Positions 25,950 through 64,000 of a stretch of DNA of 64,000 bases are shown here, piece after piece (within the stretch, counting starts at the first letter, position 1; each line of letters opens with the position of its first letter). Below the pieces are notes generated by a model. That model had not been told where the DNA came from. It searched no databases and saw only the letters and a program-made list of their open reading frames with translations. The translations under genes and the position numbers were made by a program. This DNA comes from Octopus vulgaris (taxonomy: Eukaryota), in the NCBI GenBank assembly GCA_951406725.2, contig OX597832.1:6758001-6822000 (forward strand). The letters are read 5' to 3'.

Positions 25950-26480
25950 TACCCCTTCGTCGAAGGATCCTATGAGCCTTCTGTATTTTCCCAACCCAGC
26001 CTCGCCCTCCTTCAAATGTGCCTGTAACCTACGCAATCTACTGGTCTATAGCTCCCCCCTCCATTCCAACCCTACCCAGATCCTTCCCTTGCTTCTGATC
26101 CTGCTGCCACACCTGTCCCTTCATCACTAACATCACCTCCCTCACCGGACCCAACCAGCATACTCTCTACATTAGGAACTCCTTCTCCTGCACTTCTTCC
26201 AGCCTTATTTACTGCATCAAGAGTAATCACTGCAACCAACTTTACATTGGTCACACAGGCCAGCAGACAGTCGAACGGTTCACCAAACACCTACGATATA
26301 CTTGTCTATGTATGAACACCCCTGTCACCCATCATTTTTGCTTGGCCAATAATTTCACCTCACATATCACTGTGTTTGGCCTTGCCCTACACAATGGATC
26401 CACCAACTCTAGATTCCAATTGGAACAGCATTACATTTTCACTCTACAAACCCAAACTCCTTTCAGACTCAACACAGCCC
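25950..26480 (+). mobile_element. Penelope-like element GIY-YIG endonuclease remnant
   Basis: Conceptual translation ...NLRNLLV...CCHTCPFI...FSCTSSSLIYCIKSNHCNQLYIGHTGQ...ERFTKHL...PVTHHF...RFQLEQHYIFTLQTQTPFRLN with an in-frame stop. Confidence 0.8.
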
Positions 26481-26880
26481 CTCCTCTCAATGTCTGTCCC
26501 TACAGTCTTCTTAAAAAAAAACTTTTTACCCTATCTTATTTTTTATCACTTTTTTATTATTTTGTTTATTTTTTATCTGGTTATTTTGAATTTTTATCAT
26601 TTATTCTTTTATTTGGTTATTTATTATTGGGTTATACCAATGTAAAATTTGTTTTATTTATTTATTACTATTTTATTCATCTATTTTGACTTTTTAAATT
26701 TTTTATTATCTATATATTCTATATTTATTTTTTATTTTTATTTTTTATTTATTTATTTCTGTTACTGATTTGTTCACATAATCTTTTTCCTTTGTTTTTA
26801 TATCACCAATTTTTTTTATTATTTATCATTTGAGATGATTTGAAAACACAATACCTAATAACCTAACAGTATATCTTTTC

Positions 26881-26969
26881 TACTCCTCTGATGAGATTTT
26901 GCCTAATACAATGATTTAATTATTGCCATTTAATCATTTAGGCTAAACTGAAACAGCTGTAAGAGAATA
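26881..26969 (+). ncRNA. Partly decayed type-I hammerhead downstream of Penelope-like ORF remnant
   Basis: CTGATGA 26888-26894, stem II gcctaa/ttaggc, GAAA-cagctg-TA 26950-26961; stem I mismatched. Confidence 0.65.
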
Positions 26970-27048
26970 AGTTGGATATCTGCAGATAATAAATTATATT
27001 AATGCTACATCTCCATTTTCTAAATTTTCTTTTCTCTCTCTCTCCCTC

Positions 27049-27112
<64 letters not shown>

Positions 27113-27124
27113 AATATATATACA

Positions 27125-28028
27125 TCATCTTCATTGACGTCATCATCTTTTAAAGTCCATTTTCCATGCTGGCATGGGTTGGACAGTTTGACCAGAGCTG
27201 GCAAACTGGAGAGCTGCACCAGGTTCCAGTCTGATTTGGTATGGTTTTTATGGCTGGATGCCTTTCCTAACACCAACCACTTTACAATGTGTGCTAGATG
27301 CTTTTAATATGGCACTGCTAGAGCACTTTTATGTTGCACCGACACAAGTGCTTTTTTCATGGCACTGGCATGAGAGCTTTTTATGTGGTACCAGCAGAGG
27401 ACTCTTGCAGGCTAATCCTCTTCACCAGGTGGGGGTGGCCTTAACACTTCTGCTGTGGAATACAGATCTTTCTGATCTGAGTATGGGTCTTCTTGAGTAT
27501 AGCAAGGTGCCAGGCATCCCAGTCCTTTGTCATCTCATCTGAAAGTTTCAGAATCTTGAAGCCATCCTTCAGTATTTTGTCCCATGTCTTCGTAGGTCTT
27601 CCTCTTCTACATGTTCCATCTACTTTGAGAGATTGGTACGTCTTTATGGAACTGTCAGCATCCATCCATCCGCATCACATGACCAAACCAGCATGGTGTT
27701 CTACCTTGCATACTGCATCTGATTCCTCTTATGCCTAACTTCTCTCTCAATACACTAGCACTCTGTCAAACATTACAAATCCAGCAGAGCATATTAGCCT
27801 CTCTAGCCTTCACATGTCTTCTGTATTTAGGACCCACAACTCACAACCATGTAGAATTGCTATCCATGTGAATATATCATACAACCTGCCCTTCACTCAA
27901 AGGCTAAAACCTTTGGTTGCCAGCAGAGGTAACAGCTCTCTGAATTTTCTCCACCCTATTCTTATTCTAGCTATTATGCTCTCTATACATCCTCCCCTAC
28001 TACTAATTTGGTCTCCTAGGTAACAGAA
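27125..28028 (-). mobile_element. Older RTE-type LINE 3' fragment
   Basis: VDGTCRRGRPTKTW; homologous to 20073-21345. Confidence 0.8.
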
Positions 28029-28085
28029 ATATATATGTATGTATAATATGGGTATGAGTAAGTATTTCATTTATGTCTTACGTAT

Positions 28086-28149
28086 TTATCGCTGACGAGG
28101 GGAAAATTCTTATGATGAATTAACTCCGAAATTGGGACCAATATGGTAA
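28086..28149 (+). ncRNA. Type-I hammerhead ribozyme (intact)
   Basis: Stem I ttatcg/tggtaa, CTGACGA, stem II gggg-aa-aattc...gaatt-aa-ctcc, GAAA, stem III ttgg(ga)ccaa, AUA triplet with cleavage after 28143. Confidence 0.82.
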
Positions 28150-28292
28150 TAAAGAAATTTTTTAGAATTTTCTATCGGCATGTTTCGAGACGCATAAATT
28201 ATAATGGTTATAGACAATTTTGTCTTTTTTCGGCATATTTGGCATTAGAATTTTTCTTTTGCCCTTATTTTATAAGTTGTATGTATAATATA

Positions 28293-28672
28293 CTAGCAGT
28301 ATCGCCCGGTGTTGCTTGGGTTTGTAAGGGAAATAACTATATAAGTATTTTTAGAGATGTAAAGTATAATAGCTATCTCAATATGGCTAACCACAAAGGG
28401 GGGGGTGTTACTGTAGCTTTTTACGTTCTGAGATTTAATAATAAATTTTTAGAGAGTTACTTCCCTTATATATGCCAAAAATGCATTAAAATGGGAAAAA
28501 TTGATGGTAAATTTTTTTTTAAATCGTAGACTCATCGTAGACGTGCGCTAATACCCAGAAGGGCTTGATATGAATCATGACTATAAGATACTGCACCGCA
28601 AAATGTGGGAGTAGTTAGGAATCTAAATCGTAGGAGACAGACAGCACACAACCTCACTTTTATATATAAAGA
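28293..28672 (-). mobile_element. Non-autonomous Helitron, second copy of the same family
   Basis: Same termini as 21436-21742, with an extra ~100-bp internal block and a small deletion. Confidence 0.88.
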
Positions 28673-28677
28673 TATAT

Positions 28678-28885
28678 ATTCTTTTATTCTTTTACTTGTT
28701 TCAGTCATTTGACTGTGGCCATGCTGGAGCACCGCCTTTAGTTGAATAAATCGACCCCAGGATTTATTCTTTGTAAGCCTAGTACTTATTCTGTCAGTAT
28801 CTTTCATCAAACCACTAAGTTATAGGATGTAAGCATACCAACATCAGTTGTCAAGCGATGGAGGGGGACAAACACAGACACACAA

Positions 28886-28953
<68 letters not shown>

Positions 28954-29113
28954 GATATATATATATATATATATATAACAGGCTTCTTTCAGTCTCCATC
29001 TACCAAATTCACCCACAAGGCTTTGGTTGGCCCAGGGCTATAATAGAAGACACTTGTCCAAAGTACCACACAGTGGGACTGAACCAGGAACTATGTGGCT
29101 GGGAAGCAAACTT
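28678..29113 (-). mobile_element. Same SINE family with expanded (AT)n
   Basis: Reverse copy. Confidence 0.82.
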
Positions 29114-29131
29114 CTTACCACACCGCCATGC

Positions 29132-29188
<57 letters not shown>

Positions 29189-29622
29189 ATGGGGTAGGCT
29201 GGTTTATGGGGTTACCCTGAGTTTCCTATCCATAAGGGGGTTTGGCCTTAAAGCGTATTATCTGATGATACACAGTCATGCCAATGTGTGTGTGTATGTG
29301 TGTGTGTGTGTGTGTGTGTGAGTGTTTGTGTGTGTGTGTATGTATGTGTCCATGTATGTGTGTTTGTGTGCACGCACACACACAATGTATGTGTGTGTGA
29401 TTTGGAGTGTGTGTATGCTTGTACTTCCCTTTCTGGACATCATGTGATAGTCATATATGAGTGTCACTGTTATACAAAAATGTCTACTCATGAGGAAATA
29501 TTTCTGTGCTTGAAAACGGGTGAGGGTTGGTGACAGAAAGGGCATCCAGCTGTATAAATTCTGCTTCAATAATCTCCATCCAGCCCATGGAAAAGTGGAC
29601 ATTAAAATGAGGGTGATGATTA

Positions 29623-63641
<34,019 letters not shown>

Positions 63642-64000
63642 TTAAAAGCACCACTAGAAACTGAAAGTTTAAAGAAGTATTACATTAACTATTGATCATG
63701 TTATCACATAGAATTTAAAACACAATTTTAACAAAATCAGGATGAGTTAATAATGAGAAAAAAGAAAAAGACTGGGGGAGGGGTATGATAAAAAAAATAG
63801 ATATAATGAGTTTGATTTCTTAATTTACTTTCTTTTATTTTCTGTTTAGTTTTCTTTTTTTCTTTTTTTTTTTTTGAAAACAACATAACATTCAATTCAA
63901 TTCAGCAAGAGTTCTATAATTTTTATGAATTTTGTATATAAATTGAAGAGAATTAATAAATCCATGGGAAAAACTCTATAAAATATAAATCTTTTGTTTT

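Overview
AT-rich, microsatellite- and SINE-dense metazoan DNA; the repeat families and intron style point to an octopus (coleoid cephalopod) genome. Two convergent, partial multi-exon genes were reconstructed by hand with phase-consistent GT-AG introns. (1) On the + strand, the last 8 coding exons (1493-17276, about 394 aa) of an uncharacterised Cys-rich extracellular protein with a hydrophobic C-terminus. (2) On the - strand, 14 exons (63613-29794, about 1020 aa) of a SHOC1-like meiotic crossover factor. The rest is transposon debris: tRNA-derived and Nin/Deu-domain SINEs, RTE, R4/Dong and CRE LINE fragments, Penelope-like remnants, Helitrons, a solo LTR, Tc1/mariner pseudogenes, piggyBac/hAT MITEs and fold-back elements. 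Most notable: up to eight type-I hammerhead ribozyme motifs (two essentially intact, one of these with a U3-A8 covariant core), where the recognisable intronic ones lie antisense to the host gene and the sense ones are broken. Also notable is a duplicated copy of gene 1's last acceptor that could give a short alternative terminal exon lacking the hydrophobic tail. Family assignments rest on recalled motifs, not database searches.
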